Shown here: positions 1 to 11,751 of the stretch, one piece after another
Layout: each line of letters opens with the position of its first letter
Numbering within the stretch: the first letter of the stretch is position 1
Assembly: GCA_951406725.2 (NCBI GenBank)
Contig: OX597815.1
Location: 159,092,001-159,156,000, forward strand
Source of the DNA: Octopus vulgaris
Lineage: Eukaryota
Direction: 5' to 3'
DNA length: 64,000 bases
Position numbers and translations under genes: made by a program
The notes under the pieces: model-generated
What the model was told of the DNA's origin: nothing
Seen by the model: the letters and a program-made list of their open reading frames with translations, nothing else
The model's database searches: none

Positions 1-35
1 ATTTTTAAAAACTGCCGTTCAAACCGAAAAGATCC
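1..35. mobile_element. Right terminal inverted repeat of a GGATC-terminal MITE (rest lies outside the window)
   Basis: ctgccgttcaaaccgaaaagatcc matches the TIR of the complete element at 11941-12367. Confidence 0.8.
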
Positions 36-164
36 CATATATGTACATATTAATGTTTGCTTTTTTTTGTGTTCGGTTACAATAAAAATTTTACATTAAT
101 CTGATAGGTTACTCAATAAATTTGTGGAGTACAAATTTATTATTTTTATACAAGAATGTTGTCG

Positions 165-209
165 ACAGTGACTTCGAAGTTTCGGCTAGCTAATACATCG
201 TCGGACTGC
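165..209 (-). ncRNA. Type I minimal hammerhead-ribozyme-like motif (Penelope-like terminal repeat)
   Basis: Minus strand: GCAGT-CCGACGA-tgtattagctagcc-GAAAC-TTCGAA-GTC-ACTGT. Stem I GCAGT/ACTGT, palindromic stem III, AATAAA downstream. Inverted partial copy at 209-231. Confidence 0.65.
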
Positions 210-230
210 TGACAATGGCTTAGCTAGCCG

Positions 231-306
<76 letters not shown>

Positions 307-321
307 GTCTCTCTGTTTCTT

Positions 322-355
<34 letters not shown>
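231..355. repeat. Compound microsatellite (TATC)n(CT)n(TA)n
   Basis: Directly visible. Confidence 0.95.
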
Positions 356-357
356 CT

Positions 358-577
358 CTTTACTCTTTTACTCTTTTACTTGTTTCAGTCATTTGACTGC
401 GGCCAAGCTGGAGCACCGCCTTTAGTCGAGCAAATCGACCCCGGGACTTATTCTTTGTAAGCCCAGTACTTATTCTATCGGTCTCTTTTGCCGAACCGCT
501 AGATGACGGGGACGTAAACACACCAGCATCGGTTGTCAAACAATGCTAGGGGGACAAACACAGACACACAAACATAT

Positions 578-646
<69 letters not shown>

Positions 647-832
647 CATATATATACATATATACGACATATATATACATATATACATATATACGACAGG
701 CTTCTTTCAGTTTCCGTCTACCAAATCCACTCACAAGGCATTGGTCGGCCCGAGGCTATAGCAGAAGTGTGACTGAACCCGAAACCATGTGGTTAGTAAG
801 CAAGCTACTTACCACACAGCCACTCCTGCGCC
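358..832 (-). mobile_element. tRNA-derived SINE, family A (internal TA/CA microsatellite)
   Basis: Head ggagtggctgtgtggtaag...gggttcagtc, tail gactgaaacaagtaaaagag. More than 15 copies in the window. Confidence 0.9.
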
Positions 833-1548
833 TATATATATATATATATATAAATGGGGGGGGGGTGTATGAATGTGTGTGCGCGCGTGTGCGTGTGTAT
901 GTATGTATGTATGCATGTATGTATGTTGTATCACCCACTCTTGAACTATATATTTTCTTTTACTATTAATTATTCCATTATCTTAATAGGATACCTAACT
1001 CTGTAATAATGAAAGAAGTCAAAAAGTCCAGTGTTTCTGAGAGGAAACGATGCGTTTGGTGAAGAAAAGGGAGGGGCGCAGCAGCGCACAAAAGAGACTT
1101 CTTGCACCACCACCACACCACCACCACCATTACCACTACCACCATCACCTCTAGACTCGTTTCAGTACCCAATCCTACTTAATTGACCTTTTTCATAAAT
1201 CTATTTAACTAAAATAATATTAAAGAAACTGAAATAAACTGCATTCTTTTGCGCAGCCATTGGGTCTGCAAAATTAGACTCTCCCATCGTCTCTTATCTT
1301 TCGTTTATCAATCGATTCTCACCAGAAAATGAATTTATTCCAATGAACTTGGTTTTCTTTTGTTTTGTTTTCTTTTTTTTTTGTTTGTTTGTTTTTTTTT
1401 CCCTTAGGATCGCTTGGTTTCAGTAAGTTAACATATAATACAATCAGAAAAGTAGATTCATAATAAATGTTTCGCACAGTTTTTATTCATTCTTAAGTTC
1501 TATTCTTCCACGAAGCAGAAGATTTATGGCTTTTTTTTTTGTAATAAG

Positions 1549-1550
1549 TT

Positions 1551-1590
<40 letters not shown>

Positions 1591-1678
1591 CCATCACCAT
1601 CATCATCATCATCATCATCACCATCACCATCACCATCACCATCATCATCATCATCATCACTATCACCCTCACCATCAC

Positions 1679-1725
<47 letters not shown>

Positions 1726-1737
1726 ACAACAACAACA
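1549..1737. repeat. (CAT/CAC)n(CAA)n trinucleotide microsatellite
   Basis: Directly visible; source of the poly-His/Asp/Met ORFs. Confidence 0.95.
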
Positions 1738-1953
1738 AGGCGGCGAGCTGGCAGAATTGTTAGCACGCTGGGCGAAATGTTTAACGATATTTCGCCCGTC
1801 GCTACTTTCTGGGGTTCAAATTCCGCCGAGGTTGACTTTGTCTTTCATCCTTCTGGGGTCGATAAATTAAGTACCAGTTGAGTACTGGGTCGATATAATC
1901 GACTACCCCCTACCCCAAATTTCAGGCATTGTGCTTGTAGTAGAAAGGATTAT
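1737..1953 (+). mobile_element. SINE family B (Meta-domain-like core)
   Basis: ggcggcgagctggcagaat...gttcaaattcc...ctttcatccttctggggtcgataaattaagtaccag; about 10 copies in the window. Confidence 0.85.
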
Positions 1954-1957
1954 CATA

Positions 1958-2475
1958 GGTTTTGTTGGAGCTCCTGGAGACTTGTATGCGTAGCAGATTT
2001 ACTACTATCAACCTACGGCACCATATAATTCGTTCTTTTCAGCTATCTAATACTTTCCTGATTATTATGGTCGTGCCAAGGATGCAAACCTTTTGTAATA
2101 GTTCTACTGGGCACTCTATTCCAATTTCCTTTATTTTCTTCTGATACTGTTCCCAAGGGGCCTATCAATAATTGGCACTATCTTCACCCTCTTCATTTTC
2201 TATAGCTGGGTTATTTTGTACTTAAGAGGGTTGTATTTATCTATCTTTTCGACTTCCTTCTTGACTATTCATGGGTCAAAGGAGCATGCAACGTCAACTA
2301 TATAGCATATATGGTGCACCTTATCCACCACCACTAGGTCCCGTCTGTTTTGCTCTAGCATCTAATCTGTTTGGATTGAGAAATCCCAGAGGATTTTGCT
2401 AGACTCCAAATGTGCCAGTCTCTGCGGTTTATGCTCATACCACGTCTTGTCTTTCTCTAGTACCCACTTTTCCAA
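1958..2475 (-). mobile_element. Degenerate non-LTR retrotransposon fragment, RLE endonuclease domain (R4/Dong-like)
   Basis: Minus translation ILWDFSIQTD*..DLVVVDKVHHICYIVDVACSFDP..KEVEKIDKY, with stops. Confidence 0.8.
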
Positions 2476-2580
2476 TGGAATTACCAGGGTTAATATATTT
2501 ATCAGATCCTTTCTTTATCATTCCCAACGTACCAATTACCTTTCATTTTTTGTTCGGCTCTTGTGGCCAATAGAGAAAAG

Positions 2581-2630
<50 letters not shown>

Positions 2631-2646
2631 CATTATTGTTGTTGTT

Positions 2647-2858
2647 AAGGAGGCGAGCTGGTAGAATCGTTAGCATGCCAAACGAAATGCTTAGCGGCAT
2701 TTCGTCTATCTTTACGTTCTGAGTTCAAATTCTGCCGAGGTCGACTTTACCTTTCATCTTTTCGAGGTCAATGGAATAAGTACCAGTTCGTAGTGGAGTC
2801 GATGTAATCGACTAGCCACCTCCCCCAAAGTTTTAGGCTTGTGCCTCTTGTAGAAACG
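2647..2858 (+). mobile_element. SINE family B
   Basis: Similar to 1737-1953. Confidence 0.85.
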
Positions 2859-2962
2859 CTTATTATTATTATTATTATCATCATCATCATCATCGTCGTT
2901 GTTGTTGTTGTTGTTGCCGCTGCTGCTGCTGCTGCTGTTGTTGTTGTTGTTGTTGTTGTTAT

Positions 2963-3135
2963 TGAGTTAGAGAGCAGTGCATGCCATCAAAGTGACACTG
3001 GGGTAAAATATACGAAGCCCAGTATACCCATCATGACTACCCGTCTGATAAGGCTACACCAGGCATATGCATCACAACCATATGTGCGCGACATGGTGAT
3101 CTCAGATCAAGATTATTATTATCATTATTATTATA

Positions 3136-3177
<42 letters not shown>

Positions 3178-3943
3178 GGCGTAATTTCGGTATAGGTACC
3201 GGAAGTACCGGATACATTTCAAGAAAGTGTTTTTTTTTTTTATATATATATGGGGAGTTAGGGTTAGGGTTTGTATTAGGGTTAGGGGTGGGAGAAAAGG
3301 GTTTCTGTTATCTTCAGAAATGTAAACAAAGTAACTTACGGTACTTACGGTGCCTATACCGAAGGATCACATTATTATTATTATTATTGAGTGAGAGAGT
3401 AGTGCATGCCATCAAAGTGACACTGGGGTAAAATATACGAAGCCCAATATACCCATCATGACTACCCGTCTGATAAAGGTACACCAGGCACATGCATCAC
3501 AACCATATGTGTGCGACATGGTGATCTCATATCAAGATAAACAGCACATGACCTTGCAGGTGGGGCCCAGTTAGAATTTTCTTCAGGTTGAGTAGCCCAT
3601 CCCGCTCAAAAGGTCTCTGAATAAGGGTTGTTTAAGGATGTTGAAAGAACCACCCATGTTTCCAGAGGTGAATTATTCAAACCCCAAAGAATCCCCCCCC
3701 AACACATGGCCATGATGCTCCCCCACTACTTCTGCTCGTGATCAGAGATGCACATATCGTCAGCCACTAAGGGACATGCTCAACTGGTTAAGGTCAAACA
3801 ACTGACAAGCAAATCTGTGGCATTGAGCAGAATATTTGCTGTAGCCCATCTTTTATACCAAGACAAAACAATGTACATGATAACACTTCCAATCAGTTAA
3901 GATCAGAAGCCATGAGAGCCACTGCCTGGTACTGCATCAGGGC

Positions 3944-3945
<2 letters not shown>
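2963..3945. mobile_element. Interspersed repeat family D in (ATT)n tracts; partial copy 2963-3110 precedes the full copy 3387-3945
   Basis: gagag(c)agtgcatgccatcaaagtgacactgggg... occurs twice here and again at 21138 and 24158. Confidence 0.8.
3178..3370. mobile_element. MITE with ~30-bp TIRs and internal TTAGGG repeats, inserted in (ATT)n
   Basis: ttcggtataggtaccggaagtaccg ... cggtacttacggtgcctataccgaa. Confidence 0.8.
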
Positions 3946-4002
<57 letters not shown>

Positions 4003-4023
4003 GTCGTCGTCGTCGTCGTCGTC

Positions 4024-4083
<60 letters not shown>
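3946..4083. repeat. Compound microsatellite (ATT)n(CGT)n(AGT)n
   Basis: Directly visible. Confidence 0.95.
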
Positions 4084-4843
4084 TGGAATTCATTAACTTT
4101 CATTTCAATGTTCGAAACAACCTTAAACGCAATTATTTACACATCCTTCACTAAACGTTTAACATTCAAATGAGACGTTAAAGACGTCAGTGTGAAGATA
4201 ACAATTCAGTTTGTTTGGCATTGATGTAGCTGTTATTCTAAAACGTACCTGGATAATATATAACTGGCATTGGCTCTAGATGCATGAGAACTTAACTAAC
4301 GTATAGGTAAGTGAACAAAATATTTGGACGAATAATGCTCGATACAAATTTTATTCAAAATTACTCAGAGAATTTGATGGATGCTTTGTATGTAGAAAAA
4401 AAAGAAGCTAACTGAAAAACAGAAAACGGCAGATGAAAGAATTATAAAAGAAAGGAAAAGCTCTATCGGATCATGGTATGCAATGCATTGTATTTCAATA
4501 AAGAAACTTGTAAAGAATCCGATCAAAGTTAAATTAAACCACAATAATTATTTGTACTGATAGAAAGAGAAAGTATTTAATAGTTAAAAATGAATTTGCC
4601 AGCTTCTCTGAAGATCGATAGGAATTAAAGTTAAGTTAGGCTCAAGGAAATTTTTTTTTTTTTGCTTCCAAAATGACATACAATCAATGGATGAATATTT
4701 ACAAAGAGAAATTTCTTCTTTTGAGTCCTAATAAATTGAATGCTGAACGCTAAAGTAATTTCTGGGCGAAATATTTATCCGAGTTAGTAAAAAGAGCCAG
4801 TGTTTAAGTTAATTTTACGCATCGTTCAAAATGTCGTAAAAAA

Positions 4844-4915
<72 letters not shown>

Positions 4916-5118
4916 TAATAATAAACCTAAAACGTAAAGAGTTTACGAAGTTACGGATACAATTTAAGTGACAATCGATTTATATTTATTCATCCAATCG
5001 TTTTGTAAATAAAGAAATCTTTAAATAGTAGAAGAGTGTCAGAAACGGAAGAGTAACGAATAGAATGTTATATTATGGGATGTAATTATTCTCTATCTTC
5101 TACGTTCAAATCCAGATA

Positions 5119-5478
5119 ACTCTTTTACTTGTTTCAGTCATTCGACTGCGGCCATGCTGGAACACTGCCTTTTAGTCGAGCAAATCGACCCCAGGACTTA
5201 TTCTTTGTAAGCCTAGTACTTATTCTCTCGGTCTCTTTTGCCGAACCGCTAAGTTACGGGGATGTAAACACACCAGCATCGGTTATCAAGCGATGTTGGG
5301 TGGGGGACAAACACAGACACACATGACGGGCTTCTTTCAATTTTCGTCTACCAAATCCACTCACAAGGCTTTGGTCGGCCCGAGGCTATAGTAGAAGACA
5401 CTTGCCCAAAGTGCCATGCAGTGAAACTAAACCCGGAACCATGTGGTTGGTAAGCAAGCTACTTACCACCCAGCCACG
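5119..5478 (-). mobile_element. SINE family A
   Basis: Similar to 358-832. Confidence 0.9.
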
Positions 5479-5839
5479 TCTACTTTTCCTTTTTACCTTT
5501 CTATGATCGATGAAGTATATGCCAGATAATACTGGAATCGAGATAATCAACTGCTTGCTTCCGCCCGAAATATGTATACTTGCTCCTATGTTAGAAATTC
5601 ACGATGATTTATTTTTCTCTGTATTGTCAGTATATGGCAGATAGATGGGAGATTCGGTAGAGCACTAAACACAATATTTTGCGATCAATAAAATAGGTTT
5701 TCCGTGCGGCTGTTGTCGGCTATCTGTCCATGCTGGTTAGCTGTCTGTCCAGCTGGACGCTCCTGAGTTGCTTTGACCAACCACAGTAAAAATAAGTACA
5801 GTCGATGAATTAAGTACGAGGATCGATATTATCGATATA

Positions 5840-6065
5840 CCGTATTTGCTGGTGAATAAGACACACTCTCCCATAAGACAAACACCTACGTTTTTGCGGA
5901 AAACAAGAATATTTGGAGGGGGGCAAAGAGCAAATTTACTGTTGCATTCTTACACACATTCAGTCGGTATTTCTCTCCCTAATACTGTCGCATAAGACGC
6001 ATGGCTATCTTATGTTACATTGCAGAATAAAAGAAAATACTCGTTGTATACGCCGGCATATACGG
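5840..6065. mobile_element. Degenerate Tc1/mariner/pogo-type MITE
   Basis: ta|ccgtatttgctggtgaataagac ... gttgtatacgccggcatatacgg|tg imperfect TIRs. Confidence 0.65.
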
Positions 6066-6251
6066 TGCTCTTGTAGACTGTGCCCAAAATATCTAGTCAC
6101 TAACTAAAATCAGTATTATGATAAAACAATAGGTAATATCTGTCCCCACTTAAGTGGTCGAACAATGAAAACTTCATCATGAAAACCGTCGGGCATCCAG
6201 TTACACATACACACACCTACGCTTAATATATGTATATATAGCTCTATCTGG

Positions 6252-6480
6252 AGGGAGCAAGGCCCTGTGGTTAGAGTGTTGCACTCACGATTGCGGGATC
6301 GTGGTTTCGATTCCTGGACCGGATGGGACGTTATGTTCTTGAGCAAAACACGTTGCTCTGCGATCACTTCGATTCCTGATATGTAGTACATCGTGCACCT
6401 GTTTGTTCAGATAACATTGATTTGATGGTGGGAGCGACCTGATGTACAGCACACATATTTGATCACTGGAAACAAATTTC
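6252..6480 (+). mobile_element. tRNA-derived SINE (different family from A and B)
   Basis: A-box-like ggccctgtggttagag and B-box-like ggtttcgattcc, then gttcttgagcaaaacac core. Confidence 0.7.
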
Positions 6481-6856
6481 GGACTCCGAGAGACTACCAA
6501 AGACTACTAAAGAAAAATAAAGCAAATTTACTTTTCATTTCTATCTATCTATCTATCTATCTGTCTACCAAGGTTCCTGTGGTCTTTCCTGTAGGCTTTT
6601 CAATTCACGGACAAACCTAATCTGTTTTCCCTTTTTACATTGACATTTCTGTGATACACGATCTCTATTGATCGGCCCCATTTTTTAAAATTTATTTTCA
6701 CGATCCCTTTTGATCGGAATTCGACCCCAACCCCACCGTTTTTTCCTTCTCTTCTTCCCAAAAAGAAAAGCTCTACTTTGTATTTTGCCCCTTCTGTGTT
6801 TAGCCCTGCGTGGCCAATAAAGAAATCTATCAATCTATCTTTCTATCTATCTATCA

Positions 6857-6934
<78 letters not shown>

Positions 6935-7247
6935 TTATCCATCCATCTATCTATTTATATATATATCTATCTATCTATCTATCATACATGCATACGTACA
7001 TTTTTATATATGCAAACACATATTTATGTGAATACATACATGTATGCACATGACTACATGTGCAACTGTATGTTTGAGTATAAAGGAATAGAACAAAACA
7101 CGCAGATCTGTACATGTACTCACTCCAAATAATATACACATCCACACAAACATACGCAAATAACCTATTGTTGTAGAAATTTCAATGAAGGAGCCTAACA
7201 AGAAATTTAGAAATAAAACTAAACAATACATACATACATACATACAT

Positions 7248-7286
<39 letters not shown>

Positions 7287-8495
7287 CATACTTACGTACT
7301 TATATTAGCAAATGATTGGAAAGAACGGATTTAAAAAAAAATATTTGTACAAATAAACTAGAGTTGTTTACAACTATTAAAGTATAGTCGAAATTAATAA
7401 ACAGTAGATTTAGCCAGCTGAAGGTGCGGTTTTAGTGAATGACAATGTTGATGAGTGGAAAACTTTGGCTAAGTATTGTCATTCGAAGCAAGGCATAATT
7501 GACTTGTTATTATTGATTTCTCAGACGAAATTTCATTTCTTTGTTTTATAGCTTTCGTAAACAACTCGTGCTGGAAATGTTTCATACATCTTAACAACAA
7601 ATCCGCCATCTTCAGCGTTTGCTTGCTGTTACCAATACGTACAACCTTTGAGTAATATCATCAACAACAATAACAACCAACCAGCCAGCCAACCAGCCAG
7701 CCAGCCAGCCATTCAGACAACCAGCCTCAGTTATAAATCTCTAATGTCGCTACTAATGCAAGCACCAAAAGCAACTGAGGAAGGCGCCCTATGTGTAAAA
7801 TCGATCTGGTAAAAATAATAGGCAAACTCCTTCAGAATTATATCTTACAAACTTACAGTATATACACACACATAATCGGTCAGTCGTTCATGTATCCGAA
7901 AAGGGTCACGCTCAATAAGTTAGAGTAGTAATATTTAGAAGATTGTTTGTTATGACCGGTCAGATAATTTCTCACCTATAAAACACTTGGTTGTATAGGT
8001 GACTAAACCGACTCAAAAGGCCGGAGGCACATAATCGCTCTACAACTAGGGAGAGGAAAACTTCATGGATGAGTTAATTTTGTAAACAAAACAATTCCGT
8101 AAGGAAATGTGCTAACAAAACCTTGGGCGGGCAGGCGGACTTATCCCACTTACATCGGTTCCACTTATGCTACGACGGGCCTACTGAAGATGTCTGAAGA
8201 TGGCAGCATTTACTTAGTTGGTAAATAGGAAATTTCATGCTTTCAACATGAATTTTATTTGATGAGGACACCAACTAAACAAATCTTTTTTGAGTTTAAA
8301 AAGGTCCTCGGATCAGGTGAAATTTATAGTATTCTTACTCTTTTGGTCAAGCAAAGCTTGCATCATTGTGTAGTGCCCCCTTTTTATATCAATCGAAATC
8401 TTACGGATCTCCTTTTGATTTTCGAATACTACACTAGCTAGGATACTGCATGATGTACTAATGTAGCAATAGCCATGATTATAATTATCCCCTCG

Positions 8496-8532
<37 letters not shown>

Positions 8533-8623
8533 TAATCCAAACGGGAAAACAGACAAAACAACAACACGTGGAACAATTACAGTATTATTATTATTAGGCG
8601 CTCAGGAAAATGGAAGAAGGAGG

Positions 8624-8660
8624 GTATGACGTTTCGAGCGGAGCTCTTCGTCGGAAACAT
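8624..8660 (-). ncRNA. Minimal hammerhead-like motif in a ~195-bp insert between microsatellites
   Basis: Minus strand: GTTT-CCGACGA-a-GAGC-tcc-GCTC-GAAAC-GTC-ATAC. Confidence 0.6.
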
Positions 8661-8721
8661 AAGAGAAGGAAGAAAGAAGAAAGAAAGATCCCGATGTGGG
8701 CGAACAGAGGGGAAAAAACGC

Positions 8722-8766
<45 letters not shown>

Positions 8767-9201
8767 CATGTATGACTGAGTCATTAGATAACTATACTAA
8801 CGTATTAACGAAAGACAAGGAATTTCTGTATTCATTGTAGACGAAGTGATTCAACTCTCTGAAGGGATGTTTTTATATGACAGGTGGAAGCCTATGTGTC
8901 TCCAGTCATATGTTTGATAAGAATATTTCCATCCCTCAACGTCTTTACTAGGAAATTATTCCTGTCACAATAATTACGTAAGAAGCGTTTTAACTCTTAT
9001 TCTATGGCAATTATTTCTTGATTCATATACTGCATATATTTGCTAATTGTATATATATTGCATAGTAAAAACTGTTTTGAAATATCGTTAAACATTAAAA
9101 ATATCAAGAATGCCTTTTAAACAATAAACTATTTATTCTCTATAAGAAATGCCTAACTTCGTGATATTCCGAATTTAACTAATTTATTTGTCTCGGATCA
9201 T

Positions 9202-9248
9202 GCTGTGCTGACGATTCTAAACAGGGATGAAATAGCGCTATGCATGGC
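9202..9248 (+). ncRNA. Type I hammerhead-like motif (cleavage-site base is G, probably inactive)
   Basis: GCTGTG-CTGACGA-ttctaaacagggat-GAAA-TAGCGCTA-TG-CATGGC; 6-bp stem I with G:U pairs, palindromic stem III. Confidence 0.6.
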
Positions 9249-9399
9249 TACCAGCTACAACAAAATTTTAAGAACTTTATAATGTGTAGAAAAAATTCTG
9301 AGTTTGCATATCTCGTACAACTTTTTACTCTGATGTAAATTCCAGACTTTCAAATCCACCTCAACTTAACTTAGCCTAGCAGAAATTGTCTCCCCTATA

Positions 9400-9800
9400 A
9401 TAGTTGACCACCAAGGGCACACCAAATATAATTTTCCTTTTGCTTATAATTCCATACGTTAATATAACACAGTTGCCTGCAAACTTTTGTGATTTAGATA
9501 ACAGCTTTTAAAGCTACCTTCATACATACGAATACAGGATCTTTCAGTCTCAATACGACTTACTTGCTAATCTTTCCACTAAGAAGACAAAACTCTTCAA
9601 GCACACTATTCGTACAGCTACATCCAGGTTTTTGTGCGTTGCTTTAATATTATTTTCGTTAAATAATTTAAAGTAATTATGGTTGGATTTGGGAAGTATT
9701 TTTTAATCAGTGCCAAGAAATGCCTTGTTATGTGGGATTTTACGTCTGAAGTGAATGACAAGCTTATTCAGATTATACGACATTTTCTCTGTACAAAACT
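9400..9800 (-). mobile_element. Degenerate Penelope-like element ORF (RT to GIY-YIG linker region)
   Basis: Minus translation RII*ISLSFTSDVKSHITRHFLALIKKYFP / NHNYFKLFNENNIKA..SCTNSV resembles the PLE motif IIWFNPPFS.NVKTNIG..FL.LI.KHFP....KIFN.N..K.SYSC. Confidence 0.7.
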
Positions 9801-9934
9801 ATTCCCGATTAAGTTACAATAAGAGCTCATTATTTTTAATAAATAATATTTCCTAAAACGCTATTGTAATTAATAATAGGCAGCTTATCGAAGGTTGACA
9901 TATTCGACAATAAGCAAGATATTATTTTATTATA

Positions 9935-10327
9935 TCTTTATATATAAAAGTGAAGTTGTGTCTGTCTCCTACGATTTAGATTCCTAACTACTCCCACATT
10001 TTGCGGTGCAGTTTAACCAAAACCGGGTATCTTATAGTCGTGATTCATATCGAGCCCTTCTAGGGATTAGCGCGCGTCTACGATGAGTCTACGATTTAAA
10101 AAAATTTACCATAATTTTTTCCATTTTAATGCATTTTTTCGTTATTATATAAGGGAAGTAACTCTCTAAAAATGTCTACGATGAGTCAACGATTTAAAAA
10201 AAAATTTACCATCATTTTTTTCCCATTTTTAATGCATTTTTTGGCTATTTTTTGGCTATAACTCTCTAAAAATGTTTCTATAGTTATTTCCCTTACAAGC
10301 CCGAGCAACGCCGGGCGATACTGCTAG
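9935..10327 (+). mobile_element. Non-autonomous Helitron
   Basis: A|TC start, subterminal hairpin cccgagcaacgccggg, CTAG|T end, no TSD. Confidence 0.85.
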
Positions 10328-10658
10328 TTCCTAAATAAATATCAAATATGTTGGTTGTACACGTATGATTCGAATCATTAACAATGTTCAGTAACCTATA
10401 GCGTTGTTTATCGACCAGTCTCTACGTCTAACGCAACGCATACAAAGTTTACGATGTTTATATTGGTGGCTACTGTAATAATAAGGCAAAACACTTTAAA
10501 TTGTAGCCGTTTAATCTTCACACCTATTATTGCCGTTTATACTAGAATAAAAGAAATCTTCAGAAAAAAAAAATGTATTGAAATTTTTTGTAGATAGTCC
10601 TGTAACTATGGAAGAATAAAATTGCACTGCTACATTTTTACGTTATCTATGCGAAGTA

Positions 10659-11172
10659 CCGTAAACCCTCGAGTATAATCCGCATTTTTTTCCCCAAAAA
10701 TTTAAAGGTCAAAATCCCTAGTGCGTACTATATACAAGGTTAAAAATGAAAATTATTTTCTAAGCAATGTCCGAGTCTCTATTTGCTGTCCGGCAATGTT
10801 TATTCAAACGCATTTTGTGATGTCGGGCGCGAAAATATCTTAAGCTAAGCCTGAAAGCAATGAAGTCATAAAAGAATCATCCATAACTTGCAGTTAGCAA
10901 CATTTCTTAAACGTTATTACTGTTATTTCTTTATTTTCTGCAAACAAAATGCACAAAAAAGCCACACGTTTGCATTATGTTATATATACAATAATAATAA
11001 AGGACGTTACCGTATACAGTTTTACAAACCAAGGACGTTATATAGACCTCCTTGACTCAAGTTAGAGAAGGGGTGCGTATTATACACAGGGTTTAGGTTT
11101 TTCAGAGGTACAGACCCTTAAAAATCCCCTGCGTATTATACTCAAGGGCGGACTATACTCGAGGATTTACGG
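10659..11172. mobile_element. Tc1/mariner/pogo-type MITE
   Basis: TA|ccgtaaaccctcgagtataatccgc ... gcggactatactcgaggatttacgg|TA. Confidence 0.9.
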
Positions 11173-11265
11173 TATGCAAGTAGAACGAACGTGATTAAAC
11201 TAGATGAGCGGCAAATAAACATTAAGCGACTTTATACTTACTATACAGAATTAGCTTGACCATAT

Positions 11266-11453
11266 AGGCGCAGTCGTGACTGTGTGGTTGAGAAGCTTGC
11301 TTCATAACCATGTGGTTTCGAGTTCAGTCCCACAGTGCAGCACATTGGGCAAATGTCTTCTACAATAGTCCTAGGCCAAATAAAGCCTTGTAAAGTGGAT
11401 TTGGTGAACGGAAATGAAAGAAGCCCATTTATATATGTGTGTGAGTACGTGCT

Positions 11454-11495
<42 letters not shown>

Positions 11496-11732
11496 CGTGC
11501 GCGTCTTGGTGTTGCGTTTGTTACCACCATGTCCGCTTCACAACCGATACTGGTTTGTTTACGTCCCAGTACGTTAACGGTTCGGCAAAAAGGATCGATG
11601 GATTAAGTACCAGGTTTAAGAAATAAGCAAGTTCACGGTCAACGCCCTACCCTGGTGTCGATTTTATTGGACTAAGCCCTTCAAGGCGGTTCCCCAGCAT
11701 GGCTGCAGTCTAATGACTGAAACAAGTAAAAA
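11266..11732 (+). mobile_element. SINE family A variant
   Basis: Same head and tail as 358-832, with an internal (GT)n. Confidence 0.85.
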
Positions 11733-11751
11733 TCAAAAGATATTTCGTCTA

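Noticed and set aside
1493-1870. Poly-His/Asp/Met ORFs and the many YI/HT/CV/LS-repeat ORFs across the window
   Set aside because: They are translations of microsatellites and SINEs with no coding complexity
6252-6320. tRNA-like sequences here and at 13036 and 17190-17258
   Set aside because: A and B boxes are present, but there is no closing acceptor stem and they run into SINE bodies; these are SINE heads, not tRNA genes
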